From: Verrucomicrobiota bacterium
Lineage (GTDB): Bacteria; Verrucomicrobiota; Verrucomicrobiia; Limisphaerales; CANJXF01
Length of the DNA stretch: 35,382 nt
Assembly (NCBI GenBank): GCA_038214755.1
Contig: JBBQRQ010000052.1
Coordinates: 1-35,382 of the forward strand
Direction: 5' to 3'
The first letter of the stretch is position 1, and every line of letters starts with the position of its first letter. A program made the position numbers and the translations under genes. Shown piece by piece: positions 1-7,851 of this stretch. The notes beneath the pieces were generated by a model. It worked only from the letters and a program-made list of their open reading frames with translations. It had not been told where the DNA came from and did not search any database.

Positions 1-29
1 GGAGTTGCCCGCGCAACCGCCGCCGAAAA

Positions 30-278
30 TCACGGGTGCAAAGCCACCGGCCAAACCGGTCCTGTAGTGAAGACCTGGGAAAGGCGCGCCCTGATTTTCA
101 AGCCTTTGCGCAATTTACCTCCTCGAATCCGCCAAGTCGGGCTAAACTCCAGAATAGCAGGAGTGCTGGAAAAAATCCTGAAGGTCCAACGGGTCCAGAG
201 CCGATGCGCCAGCGCCGCATGGGCCTGACCTGGGTAATAGGTGTTGTAAAGAAAACTGGCGTCCGCGAAGAACTTCAC
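30..278 (-). pseudogene. Truncated PIN/VapC-family toxin
   Basis: The N-terminus MKFFADASFLYNTY...ILEF resembles the PIN start (D-x-S-F-L, later E). The GTG start overlaps the upstream antitoxin stop (GTGA). The ORF is only 82 aa and loses PIN similarity after ILEF. Confidence 0.55.
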
Positions 279-553
279 TGGCGGAGTCTCCTCGCCCGCA
301 TCTTCAGCACCCCGTTTTGCTCCGGTGGAATTTTGGCCAGTTCATCCAAGTCTTTCAAAAATTCCGCATATTCCTCTGGCGTCAGATCGATTTCACCGGT
401 CGCGGCGTTAGTATTCTTTTTCTCAACCGGCACAATTCGAAAAAGCGGTTCTTCACCATTGAGAACGGTGATGTTGTCGCCGCGTTGAGTCAGTTTGGTG
501 GCAACTTCGCAGGTGTCGCTCACGAGATCAGCTACAGTCATGGTGGTTTCCAT
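275..553 (-). CDS. Phd/YefM-family antitoxin
   Basis: 92 aa with RGDNITVLNGEEPLFRIVP, resembling the Phd/YefM G-E-x-V-x-I-T...P-V-A-R-L-V-P pattern. Coupled to the PIN-like ORF. Confidence 0.7.
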   Translation of the reverse strand: METTMTVADLVSDTCEVATKLTQRGDNITVLNGEEPLFRIVPVEKKNTNAATGEIDLTPEEYAEFLKDLDELAKIPPEQNGVLKMRARRLRQ

Positions 554-680
554 GCCCGAATCCTATGGCAAAAGTTTCGATCTTTCCAGCATGGAAAAAA
601 TGTGACGCAAAGCCGCAAATTAAATGAGTTTTCAGAATCGGCAGGTTGACGAAAGAAACTCCACCAGCGACGATGCGCCC

Positions 681-911
681 ATGAACATCGCGCACATTGA
701 AGAAGCGGTAGAGCGCGGCCTTCCGTTCAAATTAAAAGTTGCGGATGGAGATGAATTTCCCGTGCCGCATCCTGACTATATTTTTCTTCCGCCCAAAGCG
801 GCAGAAAAACGAACGTATGTCATTGTTCACAATGACAAAGGATTTGCTTCTCTCCTGTCACTTCTCACAATTACCAGCCTCACCTATCAAGTCGATGCCG
901 GCGCAAAATAA
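681..911 (+). CDS. Small conserved hypothetical protein (PF-x-L-x-x-ADG...VPHP type)
   Basis: PFKLKVADGDEFPVPHPDYI resembles a recurrent small PVC protein family. The ATG at 681 is preceded by TTGACG-N17-GACGAT-N6. Confidence 0.65.
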   Translation: MNIAHIEEAVERGLPFKLKVADGDEFPVPHPDYIFLPPKAAEKRTYVIVHNDKGFASLLSLLTITSLTYQVDAGAK

Positions 912-951
912 CGCTGAATGGAATTAAATGGCCGACGACGACATGACACTC

Positions 952-980
952 TTGAAACCAATTCTCTGCTCCGATAATAT
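952..980 (+). promoter_or_regulatory. Sigma70-like promoter, probably leaderless, for the addiction module
   Basis: TTGAAA(952)-N17-TAATAT(975)-N6-ATG(987). Confidence 0.5.
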
Positions 981-986
981 TTTGCC

Positions 987-1217
987 ATGAGCGTCACCGC
1001 GGAAAAAATAAAAACTCAGTTTTCTTCTCTGACCTCCAAAGAGCGTGCCGAACTCGCCCATTTCCTGATCGTGTCATTGGATACAAAAGTTGATGAAGAT
1101 GCCGAAGCAGCATGGGACGCGGAACTCGCCCGACGCGCCGAAGAAATTCGCAATGGAAGTGCCAAAGGCGAGCCTGCCGAAAAAGTCTTCGCTGAAATCA
1201 GAGCGAAATATTCGTGA
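987..1217 (+). CDS. Addiction module antitoxin (TIGR02574-like)
   Basis: ERAELAHFLIVSLD...EAAWDAELARRAEEI...G...AEKVF pattern. Overlaps the downstream toxin by 4 nt. Confidence 0.85.
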   Translation: MSVTAEKIKTQFSSLTSKERAELAHFLIVSLDTKVDEDAEAAWDAELARRAEEIRNGSAKGEPAEKVFAEIRAKYS

Positions 1218-1519
1218 AGCCGGTAGTCGTCCATGATGACGCGAAAGCCGAGTTGGATGATGCCGTCGCTTACTACGAAGGCCGTGAGAAAGGGCTTGGT
1301 TTGGATCTTCAACAAGAAGTCGAAAGCGGCGTTTTGAAAATTCGCAAATACCCGATCATTTTTCCGCCCCACAAAACTTCCGGTTTCCGAAAATATTTCG
1401 TCGAACGTTTTCCCTACACGATCTTTTTCATGGAAATGCAAGATGCGATTTGGGTGGCGGCAATTGCGCACGGAAGCCGTCGCCCCAATTATTGGCGGAA
1501 CAGGTCATTCACCAATTAG
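1214..1519 (+). CDS. RelE/ParE-family toxin
   Basis: AKAELDDAVAYYE...GLG...RFPYTIF...AIAHGSRRPNYW pattern. Confidence 0.88.
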   Translation: MKPVVVHDDAKAELDDAVAYYEGREKGLGLDLQQEVESGVLKIRKYPIIFPPHKTSGFRKYFVERFPYTIFFMEMQDAIWVAAIAHGSRRPNYWRNRSFTN

Positions 1520-1632
1520 AAATGCCCACAGAAAAGTTTTCCAGTCTGATTGAACGAAGGACAGGATTTTTTCCCTTCGCTCCACTTCAAAGTTGCCTCT
1601 CAACCCTCGCAGTCCAAAGTTTTACCACGCAA

Positions 1633-1661
1633 TTGCCATCCCTTGTCGCTGCGTCTAATTT
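1633..1661 (+). promoter_or_regulatory. Sigma70-like promoter, probably leaderless, for clpS
   Basis: TTGCCA(1633)-N17-TAATTT(1656)-N6-ATG(1668). Confidence 0.55.
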
Positions 1662-1667
1662 ATTTCC

Positions 1668-1976
1668 ATGCCGGAAATTGCCGTTCCATTAGCTTTGCCC
1701 CATGTCACTCCCGAGAAAAAGACCCGCTCCAAATCGAAGTTGGATTCGGCCTGGCTGGTCATCTGTTGGAATGATCCGGTGAATTTGATGGTTTATGTCA
1801 CGCACGTTTTTCAAATCGTCTTTGGCTGGAAACGGGAGAAGGCGGAATTTCACATGAAGCAAGTGCACAATCTGGGGAAAAGCGTCCTCGCTCGCGCCAC
1901 GATGGAAAAGGCCGAGCATTACGTTCATCAACTCCAGAAATACGCGTTGCACGCCACCATGGAGCCGGAGGAATGA
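1668..1976 (+). CDS. clpS: ATP-dependent Clp protease adaptor ClpS
   Basis: WNDPVNLMVYVTHVF...AEFHMKQVHNLGK...AEHYVHQL...LHATME. Confidence 0.92.
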   Translation: MPEIAVPLALPHVTPEKKTRSKSKLDSAWLVICWNDPVNLMVYVTHVFQIVFGWKREKAEFHMKQVHNLGKSVLARATMEKAEHYVHQLQKYALHATMEPEE

Positions 1977-2455
1977 AACTCATCCGCGCAGAAAAAGATC
2001 AATTCACCTTTGGCCTCAACCAGAGGGAAAGAGAGCTTTTATTTCAAATCCTGAAAATGTTTCCGCTCATTCCTCCCTCGCATCATCAACTGAGCAAAAC
2101 AGGAAAGGCGCGTCCGGAGGATCAACGCCTGCTCGACGAAGCCGTCGCCGAACAACGCGGCGAAAACGCTAAACGAGTCCAGGCTTTTCTCGATGAGCCG
2201 GGAAAGTTCCGCGAAATCCAGAATGAAATCCAATTCTCACTCGCGCTCGCGGAAATCGAATGGCTGTTGCAAGTGCTCAACGACGTGCGCGTCGGGGCGT
2301 GGCTCGCGTTGGGTGAACCGGAGGAATTTGCTCTTCCGAAAATTGAGAAAAATAACGCGCGTTATTTTTTTGCCATGGAAGTCAGCGGCCATTTCCAGGT
2401 CGAGTTGCTGGCTGCGCTCGGACATGACCAGTCAAATTACTTCGGCAAGAGCTGA
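1973..2455 (+). CDS. DUF2017-like protein
   Basis: WLLQVLNDVRVG motif. ATGA overlap with clpS, as in the actinobacterial clpS-DUF2017 pair. Confidence 0.7.
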   Translation: MKLIRAEKDQFTFGLNQRERELLFQILKMFPLIPPSHHQLSKTGKARPEDQRLLDEAVAEQRGENAKRVQAFLDEPGKFREIQNEIQFSLALAEIEWLLQVLNDVRVGAWLALGEPEEFALPKIEKNNARYFFAMEVSGHFQVELLAALGHDQSNYFGKS

Positions 2456-2471
2456 TGTTCGGACGAAAAAT

Positions 2472-2569
2472 GGAGCGCGGGCTTCAGCCCGCTTCAACGG
2501 ACAACATCTCAGGGATTTTGCGCATAGTTTTACATTTTCCAAATTGAAGCGGCGTGAACGCCGCGCTCC
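2472..2569. repeat. REP doublet (REPIN-like), GGAG type
   Basis: GGAGCGCGGGCTTCAGCCCGCTTCAA (2472-2497) and an inverted variant TTGAAGCGGCGTGAACGCCGCGCTCC (2544-2569). Each arm has an internal hairpin. Confidence 0.75.
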
Positions 2570-2577
2570 TTTAATTC

Positions 2578-3228
2578 ATGTTACTCGACTCTCATTTGCG
2601 CTTCCCCGATCCGCACGCGGCTGATGCGGAAGGTTTGGTTTCCATTGGCGGCGATTTGTCTGTGCCGCGTTTGCTCCTGGCGTATCGCAGCGGAATTTTT
2701 CCATGGACGATCAATCCCATCACCTGGTGGTCGCCCGATCCGCGCGCCATCATTGAACTGGATTCATTTCGTCCTCCGCGAAGTCTCGACAAGTTGCTGC
2801 GCAAAAAACCATTTAACATCACGTTCGATCAAGCATTCCACCGCGTGATGGAAGAATGCGCTGCGCCCGCCGCTGGCCGACGCGACACTTGGATCACGCC
2901 CGAATTCATCGAGGCCTATACGGGCCTGCACGAGCAAGGCCACGCCCACAGCGTCGAATGTTGGCGGGAAAAAGAATTGGTCGGCGGAATTTATGGCGTG
3001 AGCATCGGCGGTTTTTTCGCGGGCGAATCCATGTTCCACCGCGTCAGCAACGCGTCCAAAATCGCTCTTTGTCATTTGATCGGTCGTTTGCGTGAACGCG
3101 GTTTTGCACTCTTCGATATTCAAATGGTCACGCCCGCCACGCGACTTCTCGGCGCGGCGAAAATTTCGCGGGAGAATTACCTGCATCGGCTCGCTCTTGC
3201 CACCGCCAGGAATTGTTCTTTCAAATAG
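2578..3228 (+). CDS. aat: Leucyl/phenylalanyl-tRNA--protein transferase
   Basis: GGDLS..RLL.AY..GIFPW, WWSPDPR, TWIT, GHAHSVECW and GESMFHRVSNASK motifs. Confidence 0.95.
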   Translation: MLLDSHLRFPDPHAADAEGLVSIGGDLSVPRLLLAYRSGIFPWTINPITWWSPDPRAIIELDSFRPPRSLDKLLRKKPFNITFDQAFHRVMEECAAPAAGRRDTWITPEFIEAYTGLHEQGHAHSVECWREKELVGGIYGVSIGGFFAGESMFHRVSNASKIALCHLIGRLRERGFALFDIQMVTPATRLLGAAKISRENYLHRLALATARNCSFK

Positions 3229-3253
3229 TTTCATCAAAATCGCGATAACAAAT

Positions 3254-3278
3254 GTAGCGGCGCGTCTGTGACCGCCGC
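3254..3278 (+). repeat. REP element (GTAG type)
   Basis: GTAGCGGCGCGTCTGTGACCGCCGC. A near-identical inverted copy lies at 20499-20523. Confidence 0.7.
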
Positions 3279-3365
3279 TGAAATTTCTCTCGCAAAAGGT
3301 GCGAACACAATTTACCTCCCTGCCCTATTGAAACGGGCAAAATTATTGGATAAAAAAGTTGCGCT

Positions 3366-3782
3366 ATGAATACACCAACGAAAAACAAACAGGCTCAAAA
3401 AAAGAAAAACGGAACCGCGTCCAGCATTATCTGGTTTGAAATTCCAGCGGACAAACCAGAGCGCGCGAAAAAATTTTACGGCACGTTGTTCGGCTGGAAG
3501 ATTGCGCCTTTTCCCGGCGTGAAAGATTATTGGCACATCGACACGGGCGGCGCAGACGAAACGCCCGACGGCGGATTGATGCCGCGCCGTTATCCGGGCG
3601 AGCCGATCACCAGCTACATCAGTGTTCCGTCTGTCACCAAATTCATGGCGAAGGTCAAAAAACTTGGAGGCAAAATCATGAAGCCCAAAACGGCTGTGCC
3701 GCAGATGGGTTATTTCGCCATTGGCCAAGACACGGAAGGGAACACCTTCGCTCTTTGGGAACCGGACAGGGGCGCAAAGTAA
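3366..3782 (+). CDS. VOC/glyoxalase family protein
   Basis: WFEIPADKPERAKKFYGTLFGW...GGKI..PK..VP.MGYFA...DTEGNTFALWE. Confidence 0.9.
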   Translation: MNTPTKNKQAQKKKNGTASSIIWFEIPADKPERAKKFYGTLFGWKIAPFPGVKDYWHIDTGGADETPDGGLMPRRYPGEPITSYISVPSVTKFMAKVKKLGGKIMKPKTAVPQMGYFAIGQDTEGNTFALWEPDRGAK

Positions 3783-3847
3783 ATTTTCTACAAACTGAAA
3801 AACAGATAAACATAAATCGTAAAACGATAACCAACTCAGGAGAAAAT

Positions 3848-3939
3848 ATGAATTACGTCGATGGTTATGTCTTGCCGGTGCCAACGAAAAATCTGTGAAA
3901 ACGAAACCCGGCGAAACAACTCCAGCAAAAGAAAAATGA
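3848..3939 (+). pseudogene. Remnant of a DUF1428 (YbaA-like) gene
   Basis: RBS AGGAGA, then MNYVDGYVLPVPTKNL-stop (the family N-terminus). In a shifted frame VKTKPGET follows, matching the family's internal VKxKPGETVVFSW motif. Confidence 0.65.
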
Positions 3940-5264
3940 AAACACTTTACCTCGACATTTTCAGCGGCATCAGCGGCGATATGTTCATCGGCGCAATGCT
4001 CGATCTCGGCGTTGATCTTCACCGTCTCGAGCGCGAACTCGAAAAATTACATTTGCACGGCTTTCATCTCCACGCCTCTCGTCAGAAAAAATCACAGATT
4101 GACGGAGTGAAATTCGAGGTTCATCTGGCCCACGACCACGCGAATGAACACGGGCGCGAACACACTCATGCTGACGGAACAAAACATTCTCATCCTCATT
4201 CGCAGGATGAACCACAGGATCATTCTCACGAGCATCACGACCACGAGGACGAACATCATCACGACGCGCATGAGAAGGACGAACACGGCAGAAATTTTTC
4301 GGAAATCAAAACGCTGATCGCGGATAGTTCGCTTTCCCATTGGGTGAAAGAAAAATCCATCGCGGTTTTTCAGCGCATCGCCGTGGCAGAGGGAAAAATT
4401 CACGGAATGCCGCCGGAACAAGTTCACTTTCACGAAGTCGGCGCGGTGGATTCCATCGTGGATATTATCGGCGCTTGCCTTGCCATCGAGTTGCTCGGCA
4501 AACCAAAAATTCTGGCCGGCCCCGTCATTGATGGAACCGGTTGGATCGATTGCGCGCACGGACGTTTTCCGATTCCCGCTCCGGCGACTCTTTCCATTTT
4601 GGGCGCGCGGGGGATTCCCATTTCGCAATGCGACGAACCGCATGAACTGGTCACGCCGACCGGCGCGGCCTTGCTCGCCGAATTCGTCGAAAATTTTGCG
4701 CCAATGCAAAATCTGGTCGCGACAAAAATCGGTTTCGGTCTCGGCACGCGCGACAACAAAACGCGCCCGAATGTTTTGCGCGCGATTCTGGGCGAGAGCA
4801 GCCAACGCACGGTCGGCGCCCACGATTGGGAGACCGATACCATCAGTGTTTTGGAAACCAATCTCGACGACGTCACCGGCGAAGTTTTGGGAAACTTTTC
4901 TGAAAAAGCTTTCGCCGCCGGGGCGCTGGATGTTTTTCACACTTCCATTCAAATGAAAAAAAATCGACCGGGCGTTTTGTTGACCGTTTTGTGCGCCGTT
5001 TCCGATGCGGACAAATTCAGTGAAATGATTTTGCGCGAGACGAGCGCCTTCGGCGTCCGGCGCACAACGGCGGAGCGTCGAAAACTTCAGCGTGAATTTC
5101 AAAAAGTGAAAACGCAATTTGGCGAGGTGACGGTAAAGATCGGGAAGCTGAATGGAAAAATAATTCATGCCGCGCCCGAGTTTGAATCGTGCAAAAAATT
5201 GGCCGCGGAAAAAAATGTTTCGCTCCAGGAAATTTTCAAAACGGTTAATCTGAACCAGAGATAG
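3936..5264 (+). CDS. larC: Nickel-pincer cofactor nickel insertase LarC with His-rich insert
   Basis: SGISGDMFIGA, His-rich tract, VHFHEVGAVDSIVDI, HG..P.PAPAT, ELVTPTGAA, ETNLDD and MKKNRPG motifs. Confidence 0.93.
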   Translation: MKTLYLDIFSGISGDMFIGAMLDLGVDLHRLERELEKLHLHGFHLHASRQKKSQIDGVKFEVHLAHDHANEHGREHTHADGTKHSHPHSQDEPQDHSHEHHDHEDEHHHDAHEKDEHGRNFSEIKTLIADSSLSHWVKEKSIAVFQRIAVAEGKIHGMPPEQVHFHEVGAVDSIVDIIGACLAIELLGKPKILAGPVIDGTGWIDCAHGRFPIPAPATLSILGARGIPISQCDEPHELVTPTGAALLAEFVENFAPMQNLVATKIGFGLGTRDNKTRPNVLRAILGESSQRTVGAHDWETDTISVLETNLDDVTGEVLGNFSEKAFAAGALDVFHTSIQMKKNRPGVLLTVLCAVSDADKFSEMILRETSAFGVRRTTAERRKLQREFQKVKTQFGEVTVKIGKLNGKIIHAAPEFESCKKLAAEKNVSLQEIFKTVNLNQR

Positions 5265-5273
5265 GAAAGAAAA

Positions 5274-6302
5274 TTGAAAGCCGTCCAACTCACTGAACAC
5301 GGAATTCCCGGGAAGTTTGCGCTCTGCGAAATTCCTGACCCCCAACCGAAGGACGACGAAGCGATTGTGCGAGTCCGGGCTTGCGGATTGAACCGGCTCG
5401 ATTTGTGGACGGAAGAAGGCGCGTTGCCGGTGAAGATTGAATTGCCGCGGGTCTGCGGCTGCGAGATATCGGGCGAAATTTCCCAAACCGGTCACAACGC
5501 TACCGGGTGGAGCATTGGCGACCGCGTCGCAGTGCAATCAAATTTGTTCTGCGGCCAATGCGAATTTTGCCTGCGTGGTCGGGAATCGATTTGTATCAAA
5601 GGAGAAATTCTCGGAGTGAATCGCGATGGCGGTTTTGCCGAACAAGTCGCGGTGCCGGCCTCCTCTCTCATTCGATTGCCAGCCGAGGTCAGCTTTGAAA
5701 CTTCCGCCGCGTTGACTCTGGCCGGAAGCACCGCCATGCACATGTTGACGAAACGAGCGAAGGTTCGTTCCGGCGATTGGATTTTGGTGATGGGCGGCGC
5801 GAGCGGAGTGGGTTCGGCGGCCATTCAAATCGCAAAAGGACTTGGCTCATACGTCATCAGCACCGGATCGACGGAAGCCAAAAGAGAATTCGCCAAAAAA
5901 CTGGGCGCAGATCACGTGGTCGATTCGACCGAGGAATCCTGGCCGGGTGAAGTGCGAAAAAGTACCGGAAAACGCGGCGTTGATTTCGTGATCGAACACG
6001 TCGGCGGAGATGTTTTGTTGAAGGCGTTTGAGTGTCTGGCGCGAGGCGGGACGATTGTCACTTGTGGAGCGACGGCGGGCCGCGATGTGCCGATCCAACT
6101 TTGGCCATTGTTTGTCAAAGAACAAAGTCTGGTGGGAAGCTATGGCCGAAACCGTGCGGACATTGAAGCCACCTTGCAATGGGCGGCCCGAGGAAAAATC
6201 AAACCGGTGATCGATAAAATATTTCCTCTTTCTCAAACCCACGAAGCATTTGCCCAACTGCGCCGACGCGCCGTGATGGGCAAGTTGGTAGTTCAGCCAT
6301 AG
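5274..6302 (+). CDS. Zinc-binding alcohol dehydrogenase / MDR family oxidoreductase
   Basis: GLNRLDLW, CGQCEFC..G.ESIC Zn site, GASGVGSAAIQ Rossmann motif. TTG start. Confidence 0.9.
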   Translation: MKAVQLTEHGIPGKFALCEIPDPQPKDDEAIVRVRACGLNRLDLWTEEGALPVKIELPRVCGCEISGEISQTGHNATGWSIGDRVAVQSNLFCGQCEFCLRGRESICIKGEILGVNRDGGFAEQVAVPASSLIRLPAEVSFETSAALTLAGSTAMHMLTKRAKVRSGDWILVMGGASGVGSAAIQIAKGLGSYVISTGSTEAKREFAKKLGADHVVDSTEESWPGEVRKSTGKRGVDFVIEHVGGDVLLKAFECLARGGTIVTCGATAGRDVPIQLWPLFVKEQSLVGSYGRNRADIEATLQWAARGKIKPVIDKIFPLSQTHEAFAQLRRRAVMGKLVVQP

Positions 6303-6340
6303 AAGAATTTTTTTCTTCCTCGGAACAAAAGGAAATCTGG

Positions 6341-6369
6341 TTGACGCATGAAACACCCGTTCGTAAATT
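6341..6369 (+). promoter_or_regulatory. Sigma70 promoter for tRNA-Asn
   Basis: TTGACG-N17-TAAATT followed by a GC-rich discriminator-like stretch. Confidence 0.6.
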
Positions 6370-6384
6370 GCGCCTCCTTCGGCA

Positions 6385-6459
6385 TCCAAAGTAGCTCAAT
6401 GGTAGAGCAATCGGCTGTTAACCGATCGGTTGTAGGTTCGAGTCCTACCTTTGGAGCCA
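6385..6459 (+). tRNA. tRNA-Asn (GTT)
   Basis: Acceptor stem TCCAAAG/CTTTGGA, anticodon arm TCGG-CTGTTAA-CCGA, GTTCGAG T-loop, encoded CCA. Confidence 0.97.
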
Positions 6460-6467
6460 TTTTTTCC

Positions 6468-6558
6468 GCGAAAAGGTGGGGGCAAACCTGCCGGTTTGCC
6501 GCGACGACCCGCAGGTCGTCGCCCACCCTTTGCGAAATTTATTTTGAGAAACACGTTA
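6468..6558. mobile_element. Partial MITE-like element with REP cargo
   Basis: The interior matches the reverse complement of 15376-15432. The right end GAAATTTATTTTGAGAAACAC is shared with 15439-15459. The left terminal repeat is mostly missing. Confidence 0.6.
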
Positions 6559-6563
6559 ACTTA

Positions 6564-7259
6564 ATGAAGTTGAAAAGACAGATCACCCCGCGCGGTTTTA
6601 CTTTGATCGAACTCCTCGTTGTCATCGCCATCATCGCGATCCTCGCCGGCCTGTTGTTGCCGGCATTGGCCAAGGCGAAAGAGCAGGCGCGCCGGGTTTC
6701 CTGCACGAACAACCTCAAACAAATCGCGCTCGCCTCGCATCTCTACGCGCAGGATTTCCGAGATTATGTCCCGTTCCCGAATTGGGAGTCTGGCACCAGC
6801 GGCCAGGCGGGCTGGCTTACCGTGGCGCCTTACAACAGCAATGACACCCAGACCAATCTGCAAAAAGGAGTCCTGTGGCAGTATCTGCGGGCAGCGCCGA
6901 TTTTTCGCTGTCCCTCCGTGAACGTCACCGCCGCCACTTTCAAACTACGCGCGAACAAATTGAGCGACTACCTCATGAATGGCGCCGCCTGCAATTTTAC
7001 CGATCCGCCGGGCAATCGCTGGTACAAGGCAAGCCAATTCAAACAGGACTCGATCCTTTATTGGATGGGACCGGACAGCGTCAATTACAACGACGGCTCC
7101 AATTCGCCGGACGAACCGATTTCACGCTTGCATAGCGACGGTTCGCCCTTTGGCATCGTGGACGGCCTTGTCGAATTCATGAAATACAATTTCTATCGCG
7201 CCCTGGAGATCAAGGAGCGCGCCCTACGGCGCGGACGATTTTACTGCACCCCGCGTTAA
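6564..7259 (+). CDS. Prepilin-type N-terminal cleavage/methylation protein (PVC DUF1559-like)
   Basis: [46 protein letters not shown] and C-terminal H..G......DG.VE. Confidence 0.9.
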   Translation: MKLKRQITPRGFTLIELLVVIAIIAILAGLLLPALAKAKEQARRVSCTNNLKQIALASHLYAQDFRDYVPFPNWESGTSGQAGWLTVAPYNSNDTQTNLQKGVLWQYLRAAPIFRCPSVNVTAATFKLRANKLSDYLMNGAACNFTDPPGNRWYKASQFKQDSILYWMGPDSVNYNDGSNSPDEPISRLHSDGSPFGIVDGLVEFMKYNFYRALEIKERALRRGRFYCTPR

Positions 7260-7289
7260 CTGAAATTTTCGCAATCTCTTTTCATCGCT

Positions 7290-7682
7290 ATGAAAAAATC
7301 CCTGAACCTTTTCACCATCCTTTGCGCCTTCGCATTCCTGCTCGTTAGCTGTGGCAAAAAAGATTCGCAAAGTGCCGCGACCGACTTGGAAAAGGCGTTC
7401 AAGCCTGCCTCAACTCCCGCCCTGCCCGCCGCCGGAGCCGCGCGTCAGCCGGATCAGGTTGCCCAGGAGATTACCACCGCCATCACGGCCATTCGCCGTC
7501 AGTCTTATGACGAAGCCTTCCTCACGCTGCGCTCGGTCCAGGCCGCGCCAAACATCACGGTCGCTCAATACTCCGCCATCGAAAGCGCGCGGCTAGCCGT
7601 CGAGCGCGAAGTCGCAGCCAAGGCTGCCGCCGGGGATCCCGCCGCCCTTCGAGCACTCAAAGCCATCCAGAACGCCCATTAA
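7290..7682 (+). CDS. Hypothetical lipoprotein
   Basis: Signal peptide MKK...LLVS-C (lipobox-like) and an Ala-rich helical body. Confidence 0.75.
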   Translation: MKKSLNLFTILCAFAFLLVSCGKKDSQSAATDLEKAFKPASTPALPAAGAARQPDQVAQEITTAITAIRRQSYDEAFLTLRSVQAAPNITVAQYSAIESARLAVEREVAAKAAAGDPAALRALKAIQNAH

Positions 7683-7851
7683 TATCATTCCCTCACGCCT
7701 CGAAAGAGTGCCGAACAGACATGAATTATTCGGATGAACAACTGCGATGGTGGATAGAGCGGCATCACCAATTTCTGATCGGCGAGTGAAACAACTTCTC
7801 GGCAAATGAAAGGTTGCCTGACAGAAATTCGCTGGCGTTAATTGATGACGA

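Noticed and set aside
1522..1580. Possible HicB-like N-terminal remnant (MPTEKFSSLIER...)
   Set aside because: Too short to support without a search.
4092..5537. Long antisense ORFs (also 7936-8766, 12446-13534, 16158-17117, 20986-21954)
   Set aside because: They overlap well-supported genes on another frame or strand and have no recognisable motifs.
6348..6563. N-terminal extension of the prepilin ORF
   Set aside because: It runs through tRNA-Asn and a repeat. The ATG at 6564 gives a normal prepilin leader.
7700..7810. Possible HEPN-like C-terminal remnant (NYSDEQLRWWIERHHQFL / VKQLLGK)
   Set aside because: Weak resemblance only.
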